From the NCBI GenBank assembly GCA_032718475.1, contig JAUCBJ010000951.1, positions 1 through 37,039 on the forward strand: 37,039 bases of DNA, in the 5' to 3' direction. The notes beneath the pieces are model-generated. The model saw only the letters and a list, made by a program, of their open reading frames with translations, had not been told where the DNA came from and ran no database searches. Shown one piece after another: positions 1 through 11,327 of the stretch (positions are counted from its first letter, which is position 1; the number at the start of each line of letters is the position of its first letter). The position numbers and the translations under genes are program-made. This stretch comes from Nemertoderma westbladi (lineage: Eukaryota > Animalia > Xenacoelomorpha).

Positions 1-172
1 TATCAGTATATAATATATAGATAGAACAGTACAACAGTAGAGCACTGACTACACCGTCACCAGTCACTTACAGCAGTATGTAAATATGGTAATGTATGTA
101 TCTCCTGCAGTACCGGTAACTATCTACCAAGCACCAGCACTTAGGTCCTATGAAATAGATAATAATATAACA
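1..172 (-). repeat. 3' LTR (partial, cut by window edge)
   Basis: On the minus strand it begins TGTTATATT directly after a purine tract, and it matches 11156-11327 base for base. Confidence 0.9.
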
Positions 173-185
173 TCTCCCTTTTTAT
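173..185 (-). other. Polypurine tract
   Basis: Minus strand ATAAAAAGGGAGA immediately precedes the LTR TG, downstream of the integrase stop. Confidence 0.85.
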
Positions 186-259
186 GAGTTATTTGATGAA
201 TCAAATCAACTAGTAAGTAAATAGGGTATATATTTAATAAGTTTGAGCAGTGATGCCAT

Positions 260-1516
260 TTAGGACACAGTATAACGGTCGGGAATTTTCCGTGTTCTAG
301 AACTGCGTCGTAACTCCTCATGGTCATTCACATTCCCACATCCGGTAGCGGTTGGTTTGTTCACAACATCATTTGTAGCTCCTTTAAAAACGCGCAACAA
401 CCTCCTGTTACGCCAATATGTTCTCCCAGACTTCAGTTTCACTCGGTAACCACGATAAAAATCAGATTCTACCACAATACCAATTTTATTCCATCTCTTT
501 GATGCGTTATCTTGAATAGTGACTTGACATCCGATATCGAGAGGTTTCAATGGTTGAGCAGTTCTGTCGTAAAGGAGTTTTGATGAATCTCGGATATTAG
601 CAGCTTTAATGTCAGCTTCTTCTACTGAAATTTGCCAATCTCTAGAGAAAGCTGACCAATGAGTTGGCACTTTAGAGCGTATGGGATGGCCATATACACG
701 CTGGGCAGGGGATAGACCATCTGATTTTGGAGTATTTCTTAACTCCAATAGTCCGGCTTGGAAGGAATCCGAGTTTATTTTTCCGCCAGACTTAGCAACC
801 AATCCTTTGATAGATTTGACATGCACTTCCGCATGACCATTAGATTGGGGATAGTAAGGGCTGCTCGGAGCCCATTTAACAGACCACAACTTCAAAAATT
901 TCTGAAATTCATCTGCTTTAAATTGGGGGCCACCATCTGTCCGAATGCGAACTGGTACCCCTGTTTGTACAAAGTAGGAACGAATTACTTTGATTACTTG
1001 TGTGGCACTCAGTGATCTACCAAATTCATGAATAAATGGGAAACCACTTAATCGATCAACATACAGCAAGAACTCAACCCCACCGTATTGAAAAAGATCG
1101 CATGAAACAGATTCAAAAACGCGGGAAGGGATCTCATCCCTCATTAGAGATTCCTTAGGAAGACTTGGTAAGCGTTGGGCGCATTGTATACAATTTTCAA
1201 CTGTAGTCTTCACATCATTGTTCATGCCAGGCCAATAAACGACTTGTCTTGCGCGTTTCTTTGTCCTGTCGATCCCCTGATGGCTTTCATGTAATCTAGA
1301 CAAAACCATCTTAATAGAATTTGGAGGTATAACAATTCGAGAATTTCTCAAAATTAAACCATTATCGATACTCAGTTCTTTCCATATCGATTTAAACAAT
1401 AATACATAGGGATCACTTCCACTTTCATTATAATCTGAGGCCACAGCTTGTAAAAGTTTCTGATATTTCAAATCAGCTTTCCCGTACTCGCGCAATTCTT
1501 GTAGAATAAACATCAT
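260..1516 (-). pseudogene. Gypsy integrase (frameshifted continuation of pol)
   Basis: HHCC zinc finger (HESHQG...CIQC) and D-D-E core (SCDLF, RTDGGPQF, SNGHAE). Deleting one T near 1507-1510 joins pol ...END V to ILQELRE. Confidence 0.92.
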
Positions 1517-3935
1517 TTTCTATTTCTCCGTCCGATTTAATGTTACAAGCAGAAATTTGGATACATGCATTTAACATCTCTTGATTATTTGAGTGTTCAT
1601 GACAGTCTTCAAGAGTGGGATCATCAACAGGATAGCGTGATAATGTGTCTGGAACACAATGATTTTTACCTTTAACCCATTTTAAGGTAAACTGGAATAT
1701 AGATAATTTCTCCTTGTAGTTTTGGAGTCGAATATTATCAATAGTATCCATTGTAAAGTCATTGAAAATTGGGATCAGTGGTTTATGATCCACAAGGACG
1801 GTATAGTTAGGTAAACCCATCAGAAATAGTCGACATTTTAATGTAGCCCATACAATGGCAAGAGCTTCAAGCTCTATCATAGCATATTTCGTCTCGGCCG
1901 GTTGAAGGAATCTAGATCCGCATTGAATAAGTTTCCAAAACCCATTCTGGTTTTGGAGTAATGCGAATCCAAGACCTTTTGTTCGTGCAGCATCAGTCTG
2001 TAAGACTGTCTCAGCTGTAGGGTCAAACTGAGAAAGTACCGGTGTACTTACCAAAGCTTTCTTCACTGAATTAAATGCTTTGGTATGATTAGCATTCCAG
2101 GTAAATTCATTTTTAATCTTAACAAGATCTCTCAGGGGCTCTGCAGCTCCAGCAATCTCAGTAGAAAATTGGCCTAGCTGGTTAACTAAACCAAGGAAAG
2201 ATCGGAGATCTGTTCTAGTTGTTGGTACTGGGAAATCCGCAATGGCATTAACTTTACAAGGATCTGCTTCATAACCACCTTGTTTTACATGGTATCCAAC
2301 AAAGTCTATCTCATCAGCAGCAAATTTGCACTTATCACCATTAATTGTTATACCATGTTTTGCACACCGTTCTAGAACATCACAAGTTATATTGATAGTC
2401 TCTCTGTATGTGTCACCATCCAGCGCAATATCATCTACAACTTTATTTAACCTATTGATACCACTGAATGCAATATCACCACGCAAACTGTAAGAATCAC
2501 CAGATCCCACAAATCCCATTGGGGCCCGAAGAAATTTGTACCTTCCCCAAGGTGTAATAAATGTAGTAAACTCTTGAGTCTTTGTATCCAAGGGCAATTG
2601 CCAGTAGCCCTTAGTTGCATCTAATTTGGTAAAATACTTTGCAGTAGGTTTTATCCCAGAAACCGCAGTAAATGGGGTTTTCGTAGGATGAACAGGTCGT
2701 TTAACTTGATGGTTCAACTTTGTAAGGTCGACACACATCCTTATCTTACCCCCAGGTTTAGGGGCAACCACCAAGGGGTGGCACCAATCAGTAGGTACAT
2801 CTCCTACTTCTGATATAATGCCACGCTTTAACATGTAATCAAGTTCATTTCGAACTCTATCTCGTAATGCAAATGGTATTGGCCTGGCCGCATGCACTGC
2901 AAATGGCGATGCGTCTGGTAAGAGTTCAATTTTCATAGGTGCTCCAACTTGAGATCCAACCATGGGATGCAATGTATCAGAATCATCAAAAACTGACTTG
3001 TATATGTTTTTGAGTTTTGTTTCGACTGATCTGAGTTGTGGTGAAGGGTTATCAGCAGGCAAGCTTTTAATCCAAGCAGATCGTTTTTCTGTATCAAATA
3101 CATTTTCTTGTCTGCCCGAAACAGTAGCAACATATATTAATTTCCCATCATCTCCCTGTGGAGTAGGGAAATCTTGTGGAATTGTTAGAAGTGCTGCACA
3201 AACTTCACGGGATAAATATAAACCTTTAATCCCTCTACAAACATGAATTATAGTATCAACTGTACGCTGATATCCATCAACTGATATTTGAGCTCTAAAT
3301 GTTCCAATTTTTTTTAGAGTATGATTTTCAACAGAAACTAATGTATCATTAGTTGGAGGAGCAAGGCAAGATAGTGTAATATCATTCAATGAATATATGA
3401 TATCTTCACCAGCAACGGTACACTCTGCACCAGTATCAGGGTGTGCTATCACAATTCCCAAAATGTTGTTATTCTTTGGATCAGCAATTTTAACATGTAA
3501 AAAATGGCTGCTTGTAACTCCAGCAGATTGTCTAATAACATTAACCTTTTTCGAATTTTTATTCGAACTTTGCCCATCCCGGGTACGTTGCAAACAGACA
3601 CGTTTGTAATGACCAACCCGTTTGCAATACTGGCATTCAGAATTTAATGCAGGGCATTTTCTCAAATCTTCATGGAGATCAAACCCACACCGGAAACAAA
3701 ATTTCTTTGCATTATTTCCATTAGTAATATCGTTATGTGTGTTTCTCGGCATTTGATCTGTTGTTTGTTGCGGGTTTAAAAGAAGAAGTTGTAACTTTTG
3801 AATTAGGAGGTTTAAACCCTCTATCCTTATTTTGCTTATATTTAGTCTTGTGTTTATTAGCAGAAATTTCATATTTCTTGTCACTAATTTGCTTTGAATC
3901 CCTCTTTGCTGCTTCAGTAGATCGCAAAAATTCAA
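1473..3935 (-). pseudogene. Gypsy nucleocapsid zinc knuckles, protease, reverse transcriptase, RNase H
   Basis: CFRCG..H..C and CQYC..GH..C knuckles, DTGA protease motif, RT motifs YWQ / PMGF / VVDD, RNase H TDAA..ELEA..DHKPL..DTLSR. The true coding part starts near 3760. Confidence 0.93.
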
Positions 3936-4881
3936 AAGTATCTTTCAAATTTAGTGCCGGTTTTTTTGCAATAACCTTAGCACGAGCTGACTCGTCTTTA
4001 AGACCCACAACAAGAATTGCAGTTGTTAAAATATTGTATGTAACATTTTGAACATCAGCATATTCAGCAAGTTCAGTAACACGTGTATAATATTTATAAA
4101 TTGACTCACCTTCTTCTTGTTTTACAGTGAGAAGGTTTCTCCAATCTACATTTGGGTTGCGATCACACCTTAAATAATTGCTAATTTCGTTAATAACTTC
4201 ATCCAATGTCATAGATGTATTATGAGGTATCTCAATAACTCGTCGCACTGTATTCAGGAAATCTGGATGACAGTGACTAAAAAATGCAGCAATCTGATCC
4301 TCCCTGGGAGATTTATAGAGCTTAGTTAGTTGAAAGTAAGGCCTCCAAACTTCTAACCAACGTTGAAACTTTTGGAAATCTGTTCCATCCTCTAGGGCTG
4401 GCGGATCAGCAACTATTGGCCGTGCAGAATGGCCAATTTCCAGCAGAGACATTGGTGGAATTGTGTCATCAAGGGAACTCGCAGTGTGGTCCCTCCTCGA
4501 ACCGGTAGAAACTGTATTTTTGTGAAGCTCATCTTCAAATCTATCCATATAAGAATACATTTCATTAACTAAACCGGCAGTCGATTCAATATAATTATCA
4601 TGTGTATCAATGTCATCTATCCGGTTTTCTAAAACTTTAACATCAGTGTGATGTGAAATCACCAAACCCAAAGCATTTTCAGCCGATTCAATGCATCGCT
4701 TCATCGTACGGAGCATTCCATGCGACCAAGTAGCAGTTTCTGAACCCTGAAAAGCGTCTACGGATTTCTGGCAATTTCGTAAATGCATTGTAACTTGGCC
4801 TTTCTGAGTAGGACGGCTAAAACGTCTGTCCTTATCTGATCTGATCTGATCTGATCTGACGGTATCTGACACTTGTTTCAC
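3733..4881 (-). pseudogene. Gypsy gag (capsid-like region)
   Basis: QEEGESIYKYYTRVTELAE major-homology-like motif, located upstream of pol and offset by a +1 shift before the zinc knuckles. Start codon uncertain. Confidence 0.85.
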
Positions 4882-4909
4882 CTTATTGCAGTTAGTGGTT
4901 TATACATGG

Positions 4910-6030
4910 TAGGCCTATTAGTTTATACTTATATGAACAGGTACGAAACGTGTACAGTATGTTTCGAGTTTTATAACGCTAATAAAACCAATACAGTGAC
5001 TAAGGATAAAACACACATACAGTATTTGGAATCAGCGTACTTAAGGTGTAAGGATGCAAGATGATTTAAGCTAGTTTTGACTCGTCCATACTCGCTAGGA
5101 ACCTCTATCACCTTAGTCTTAACAACCTGGGTGGGCCACGACCTGGTTGTGCAAGGTTTCTACCGCCCATTTACACGAAGTCGCGGACGCGGCCCTGTTG
5201 AGTCTCCACTGGAGAAGTTTACAAGACAGCCGTTAATTCAGGGCCTGGAGCTAGACCCCACTGCTGAACCACCCAGAGAGATACCTGCCAGGTTTGGAGC
5301 AAATTTAAACGAACCCTCCAGAGTCGGAACGATGTTGGACCAACCCGCTATGGTCGGAACGAGGTTGGACGAACTCGCCAGAGTCGGAACGAAGTTGGCA
5401 TCATGTTATGAATGTTGAAAATTTATGTTTTTTTGTGCGTTTGTAATATGAGTAACGGAATTGGAACATAAATCCCCCCCCGGGGGAAATAATATTGTGA
5501 GGCAAGGCAGCTTGCCAGGTTGTGCGAAACTAGAATTGAACAAGTCGGCACTTAACATACGTTTATGTCACGTGCTGCGCGAAGGCCCGTTTGTGTAATA
5601 GATCATGGATGCAATGTGTGTTATTTCGATTTATTATCGAAATTTATTGATTATTTATAATGTAATAGTTATAGTGCTGAATACTGAACAGTCTACGTAC
5701 ATTCGTGCTCATTCTATTACTTATGTCGAATTGTAATTGAATTTGTAATTTTTGAATTTGTAATTGAATCAATAATAATTGAATTGACAAAGAAATGCCT
5801 TCGCTATTTGTATTTTTTTACTTTTTTTGTATTGTGTTCTACCTACCTAGTACGTTATTTACGCGATGGTGATACTTTTAGAGGTGATCATTCGTGTTTG
5901 ACGTTCACATCACCGCTAGGCCCGTTTCTAATTTATACTTAAATGAACAAGTACAGTATGTTTCGAGTTTTCTCACTCCAATAAAACCAAAACAGTGACT
6001 CAGGATAAAACACGTACATATATTTGAAAC
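4910..6030 (+). repeat. Diverged ~110-bp direct repeat pair (4910-5030 and 5917-6030)
   Basis: Shared TTTATACTTA.ATGAACA, GTACAGTATGTTTCGAGTTTT, AATAAAACCAA.ACAGTGACT.AGGATAAAACAC. Confidence 0.8.
5077..5909 (+). mobile_element. Possible 3' remnant of a second, plus-strand LTR element
   Basis: ORF tail with RPFTRSRG and three 30-bp repeats, purine run GGGGGAAA at ~5482-5489, then a TGTGA(5496)...TCACA(5909) bounded segment. No second copy is available to confirm it. Confidence 0.35.
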
Positions 6031-6099
6031 ATATTTTGTGCAATATAAATTGATCAGAATAATTGAAATTTTATTTTTTATACCATTGTGTTAAACATA

Positions 6100-6430
6100 A
6101 AAAAAATTAATTTAACGGGTCCGTACAGGGCCAATCTCTGTAACAAACCACAAGGATGAGCACACTTTAAATACTTTCAATTACAGTACTTCTACGTTTC
6201 TGTCAATTCGCCCCCTAGCGGCAGACAGAGGAACTATAGAAGTCTGTCTGTATGTAGAATCTCTAAACTTTTGATAGACTACATGTGTACCAAGTTTGGT
6301 TCCATTTCATTCATGATCGACACAGTTATTAGCGTTCAAACATTTCCGACGACAACGACGACGGACGGCTCACTAATTGTACTGCTATGCTAAGGCTTAC
6401 CTGGACTTCGTGGCTCGCCCCACATATGTT
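6100..6430 (+). mobile_element. Helentron/HINE-like non-autonomous repeat fragment
   Basis: CCAAGTTTGG core, (ACG)n/ACGG microsatellite and GC-rich 3' end. The segment 6205-6240 is the reverse complement of the unit motif at 24.6-25.8 kb. Confidence 0.4.
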
Positions 6431-7056
6431 AGCCAGGACTGTGATAACCCTTCCCTTTAGAGTACCAAACAAACAAATATTTTATATTTAATATATTGAT
6501 ACGTCATCATCATTATTTAATAATAATAATTATAATTAATACAATTAAGTATAACAATTAATAATGATAACTATTAACAAGAAAGATTAGTAAAATATTG
6601 CAGCAAGGTTGTGTTGTTTTTAATAAATATTTAATGTATCAACAACAACTAAAGCTACGAAAGTTGTTTACATCTGAAACTAGAATAAAAATATAAGTAG
6701 AAAATAGTATTTCATATAAAATAGGGAAGTTGTTTACATCTGGATCTAGAATACAAATTTCATATAAAAAAAATAAATAAAATAAAGCCCACAAGCTTGG
6801 TGTCTTCAAAAGTATTGGTCAAAAATTTAAAATTTACATCCTGACTCATTTTATTGGCTTCGAAATGTAATTTTAAAAAAATGAAAAAAATATCAAAAAA
6901 ACTCAAAATAGAGCTGCAAAACATTTACAAATATCTGCCTTGTGGATAGTCACCTTCGAATCAACCCTGCCACACAACATCTTCAACTTTTTTTTATAAT
7001 ACTTTTATAATAGTAATATTTCATGTCTGACACCTTCAACTTAAAAACTAATTCAA

Positions 7057-9834
7057 CTACGCAAAACACAAGGGCCCAAACTGGCCATTAAATATGTCCA
7101 ATTCCCCCGGAGATAGTTCCACCCCCACAGACTTAGAAATACCGTCACCACCCCTAAACCCCCGCAATCCTGCTATGGACATCGATGTATTTTTTTTCTG
7201 AAGGCAGCGCAAAGACGGACAAAAACAGAAACTTCTAGTAACACATCCCCTGGGGAGATCTACTTTTCCTGATATCTGGAGATATAATTCGCCGACTCCC
7301 ACGAGAGCATTGCACCCTGGGGACACACATTTCAATTGAGTGGACCCAACTATCATTCTCTTCACTTCCCAATCCTGCTTATCCTCCAACTGCTGACGGT
7401 ACATGTAAGGGATACTTTCGAAGTTAACGAATGCCTTTTCCAGAATAATCTGTAATTCCGAGGCCGTATATGCTAATTGGTATATAATAGATGATGTTGA
7501 ATCTATGTTACATAGTCTGAGGAGGACCCAAAGGATATGCCGACACAGTTGTTTGGGTTGAGATAACTTAAAGGAACAATCGCAATTTGGATAATTCTTT
7601 ATAATAACGGTATGGGAATCAAAACGCGAGGTAATTCTGGCAGTATAGCTGACTTTTGGAATCACTTTCACAGTGCATGCGCTGTATTTCATAGTACGAC
7701 ATTGCTCAAAACTTTGCAAAAATCCCTTTGAACGAGTTGTGCGTGTAGTTATATTGTCCGGCCTCCTTTCCGTGCGAATGTTACGGTTAACATCAGATCG
7801 ATGGCTTCGTGTTTCATCCACTTCAACGCTGGGCCCATTAATACGCGGGGGTGGATCTTTGTGTTGAATAATGATATCACGAGATTCTGACTCGAATAAT
7901 TCCCTAAACTCCTCTGCTTGTCTTTGCAGAAAATCCTTGTCTTTGGTAAGGCGTCTCTCGAGTTCAATCGGCGTGGGGCCATTATTTCCAATTACCAGTC
8001 CCCCACATCCTTGAGCCTGGTAGAGACCCTGGAGGTCGGCGCTTTCAAATATGTCGTGATCAACAGATTCACAGAGGGATTTATAGCGATTTCCAAAACT
8101 TTGTGACTTTGCATGAGAGGATTCTGTAAGGGAAGCTTTGAATGGAAGCAATGGAATATAACATCGAACCAGTTTATCACAATGTCCATCGTAAAATTTA
8201 AAAAAGTTACTAACTCTTTCATATTTCTCACATAAAGGGCGGAATTCTGTTCGAATAGATGCCAGAACTAGCGTTGTTGGAGCGTTGACATATTTCTTTA
8301 CCAGAACATGGAATAATTTAGCATCGACAGAATCACTGACAGATCGTTCTATTCTATGAGCATCGCGAAAGAAATGTGCTACACACGACAACAGCTTCAA
8401 ACTGCTGTCGAATTTTCTGAGTCCTAGTTGTAATGCGCCTGACTCATCCGCAATCCACGGCATCAGTGGTCGAAATGGTGTCTGATTCAGTAGCATTGTC
8501 ATGTTGTTTATTTCTGATAACAATTTAGCTATATTATCTGAGTGTTCAGTTAGACCGCGGCCTTTCATCTTAGCAATAGTTACCACACTTCTTAGAACTG
8601 GATGGTATGTGGTCACTTTTAGTTCAGTCCCTTTCTCTCTCAAAGTCTTCTCACACCCATCCAAAAATGGGATTGCGTCAGAAAGAACGGTATCTGGGTT
8701 GCTCATTTGAGAAGCAAAAGTAACTTGGAGACGACTCGAGGTAATAACCCAATTCTCATCAACGTCCCATATTAAAAACGGATCCGTCTTAGATAGAGTT
8801 TCTTTCTTTATTTGTATGGCTTCGATATCGTTGCCGAAGGGGCGACATTCAGCCAAGGCTTTGGCTTTCAAGTTTTTTAAATTAAAACTATGCATCTTAG
8901 CTGCGGCCATCACCCCACTTTCATACCCGCCATCCTTTATTGCATTTTTAATATATTGCGCCCGTAATTGCTGGGGTTTGGTATTAGGATTTCGTTGCAC
9001 CAATTCAACAATGTCTATTTTAGTTGTTGCAGTTGATTCTGGTTCTATAGGAGTAAATAGCGGGTCACCTCGTTGTATTACACAGGAATGATGAAGAATG
9101 TTAATCACAATAATCCGTCTTTCACCACTATCATGGCACACCATTTTCCGCGCATAGCAGTCCCGATGATTAGTTTCACTAGAGCAAAACGAACAACGGC
9201 TAGGACTGCCAACAAAGTCAGACCGATTTTGCACTCGATGTTCCCTGTAAAATGAACATTCAACATTCGGGCAATAGGTGAGACCTCTACAATTACAGTA
9301 TGTAAATTTAAATTTTTTTGAATCGCCATTGATGTCAAATACTCTTAATTGCGTGGAGTTTTGGCGGCCCCAACACCAGATATCAATCCAAGAATTTACT
9401 TTCTTCTCCGGGTTTTTACAATCACATATGTAACTGCAGTTACCGTCGATTTGGTATGGTAAATTTGTAACATCCGATAAATAAGTTGCCTCTTTTAGGT
9501 TAATTTTAAGTCCTGGTCCAGTGTAGATTCTCCTTCCCTTTTGATCAATTTTTAGAATAATTTCATCCTTAGTATTATCGTAAAATGTCCTGTACTTCGA
9601 AATATATGGTGACTCTGAGACTTCCGAAATTTCAATAACATCCTCATTGATTGTGACTATAGGCCTAGGCCTATCTAATGAGAGCGGGGTCGACGTGAGC
9701 GGTTGTTCCTCAGGCTCAGGTGGGTTACCCCGATGTGGTACCCATATGGTCCGATATGGTACCCATTTGATCCGATGTGGTACCGATTTGGTCCAATGTG
9801 GTACCGATTTGTACCGATGTGGTTGTTCGCGCTT
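7057..9834 (-). CDS. MULE-like DDE transposase with GCM-like N-terminal domain, SWIM finger and C-terminal Cys cluster
   Basis: Manual translation shows the frame stays open upstream of the listed ORF to a stop at 9835-9837. Motifs: FLDG, IADES, SCVAHF (CxxH), LTESSH; SWIM CDC..LCRH; N-terminal CRGLTYCPNVEC..CSFC..CYARK..HHSC. No in-frame ATG upstream of 9234. Confidence 0.75.
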   Translation of the reverse strand, partial: KREQPHRYKSVPHWTKSVPHRIKWVPYRTIWVPHRGNPPEPEEQPLTSTPLSLDRPRPIVTINEDVIEISEVSESPYISKYRTFYDNTKDEIILKIDQKGRRIYTGPGLKINLKEATYLSDVTNLPYQIDGNCSYICDCKNPEKKVNSWIDIWCWGRQNSTQLRVFDINGDSKKFKFTYCNCRGLTYCPNVECSFYREHRVQNRSDFVGSPSRCSFCSSETNHRDCYARKMVCHDSGERRIIVINILHHSCVIQRGDPLFTPIEPESTATTKIDIVELVQRNPNTKPQQLRAQYIKNAIKDGGYESGVMAAAKMHSFNLKNLKAKALAECRPFGNDIEAIQIKKETLSKTDPFLIWDVDENWVITSSRLQVTFASQMSNPDTVLSDAIPFLDGCEKTLREKGTELKVTTYHPVLRSVVTIAKMKGRGLTEHSDNIAKLLSEINNMTMLLNQTPFRPLMPWIADESGALQLGLRKFDSSLKLLSCVAHFFRDAHRIERSVSDSVDAKLFHVLVKKYVNAPTTLVLASIRTEFRPLCEKYERVSNFFKFYDGHCDKLVRCYIPLLPFKASLTESSHAKSQSFGNRYKSLCESVDHDIFESADLQGLYQAQGCGGLVIGNNGPTPIELERRLTKDKDFLQRQAEEFRELFESESRDIIIQHKDPPPRINGPSVEVDETRSHRSDVNRNIRTERRPDNITTRTTRSKGFLQSFEQCRTMKYSACTVKVIPKVSYTARITSRFDSHTVIIKNYPNCDCSFKLSQPKQLCRHILWVLLRLCNIDSTSSIIYQLAYTASELQIILEKAFVNFESIPYMYRQQLEDKQDWEVKRMIVGSTQLKCVSPGCNALVGVGELYLQISGKVDLPRGCVTRSFCFCPSLRCLQKKNTSMSIAGLRGFRGGDGISKSVGVELSPGELDIFNGQFGPLCFA
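9729..9823 (+). repeat. 21-bp minisatellite (CCGATGTGGTACCGATTGGGT-like), ~4.5 copies
   Basis: Direct reading; same unit as 11328-11490. Confidence 0.9.
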
Positions 9835-11155
9835 TCAGACCTTTGGCAGTTTAACCCGCCAAATTAGAATGTCTTCTAGATAATAAATCTGCTTTTTAGT
9901 CTATGACAAGTATTTGATTCACTACACTAGTCGAAACCAATCCGTGCGCGACCATTCACCCGCTGGAAATTCCCGGGAGATTGGGTTCGACGGTTTAATT
10001 TTTATTGCTATGTAAGCCTAATGTATTATTCGACTGACAGTATTATATAATCTCTGACAATATTATTCACCTTCGGTAATATTAACAGTTCCTTTAGGAC
10101 GTGGCGCTTTATCTACATAAACAGAGTTATGACTTAAACTACTCACAACGATATGGCTTAATTATAATCCACATATATGGCGCATTCTTTAGGAATTGCT
10201 TCTTTAACAGACTCACTCATACACAATGCTGCACAATACTGCACACTAATCTGCCAATCTTCACTGATTTTAGTCACATATAAAAGGAACACAGACTGAA
10301 TCATGTAGGGTCTATCAAATAACATTAGATTCACTTCAAACCACTTTAACATAAGTCACAATCGTTATTGGTAACCTTTCTCTCTTACCTTCGGTATATC
10401 AAGAATATTGGGTTGCGGGGTTATTTATCGTTATTCCAAATATAATTATTCATCAACCATATTATGAAGAACTGACAGCAAATAGCAGTATAAAACAACA
10501 AATCAGTACCGGTATGTCAGCAATGAGATATAAGCATGCAGTTCCGTCAGCTTGTTTTGATTTGTAGTCGTTTGTTTGTTAAAGGATATATGCCCTTTAT
10601 AATTAAACCTACCAGTGTACGACTAAAAAGCAGTACAGCACAAAATATTTCTAAGCCGTTCTTTCTTTGGCTCAAGACTGAATGAATAAACACTGCACAT
10701 AGGCATTTCGTCATTTCTCGGAAATTATCTGTACAAGGAGCCACAAAAACGCTCTCATTGGCTGACTGAGCTGAGAGACGCCGTAGAACAAAGGAAATCA
10801 ACACGTATGAATGTCAGCTGTTAACCGTAGTCATAGTAACTACTGTTCAAGAGTAGCTATCACTCCTTTGCGTCACAAATTGCCATAGAATCATAAAATA
10901 TACCTTTCACAATACACATACGGAGGAAATAAGTCTTAGATCCTCTAAAAACACCGATACAGTAATAATACGGTCTCTTACACTTATTAAATCAACTACA
11001 GAGTATTTTAATGTAAAAGATAATAAAAATAACGGGGCAATTCAGCAAAGGCTTTTACAGTGGTACCGATTATTACGTTCTCATGTAAGTACAGAAGTAA
11101 GTAGTAATGAAGTAGGTTCTTCACGATATAACTTCCTTGATATATATTAGTCTTA

Positions 11156-11327
11156 TATCAGTATATAATATATAGATAGAACAGTACAACAGTAGAGCAC
11201 TGACTACACCGTCACCAGTCACTTACAGCAGTATGTAAATATGGTAATGTATGTATCTCCTGCAGTACCGGTAACTATCTACCAAGCACCAGCACTTAGG
11301 TCCTATGAAATAGATAATAATATAACA
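11156..11327 (-). repeat. Second LTR copy (5' LTR or separate copy); it extends further left by an unknown amount
   Basis: Identical to 1-172; identity stops exactly at ATAACA (11327). Confidence 0.9.

Larger units (their letters stand above)
1..11327 (-). mobile_element. Ty3/Gypsy (Mag-like) LTR retrotransposon span, left end outside the window
   Basis: gag-PR-RT-RH-INT order on the minus strand, PPT next to the LTR at 172, and 1-172 identical to 11156-11327. It is not proven that both LTRs belong to one insertion. Confidence 0.7.

Noticed and set aside
3733-3935. Programmed gag-pol frameshift
   Set aside because: The needed shift is +1 while the TTTAAAC runs are -1-type signals, and the zinc knuckles lie after the shift, so Gag alone would lack its nucleocapsid.
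7057-9234. env-like third ORF of the Gypsy element
   Set aside because: No signal peptide or transmembrane segment, it lies upstream of gag, and it has transposase motifs.
9940-9956. Primer binding site (minus strand TGGTCGCGC)
   Set aside because: It could not be matched to a tRNA 3' end or to an adjacent LTR CA boundary.
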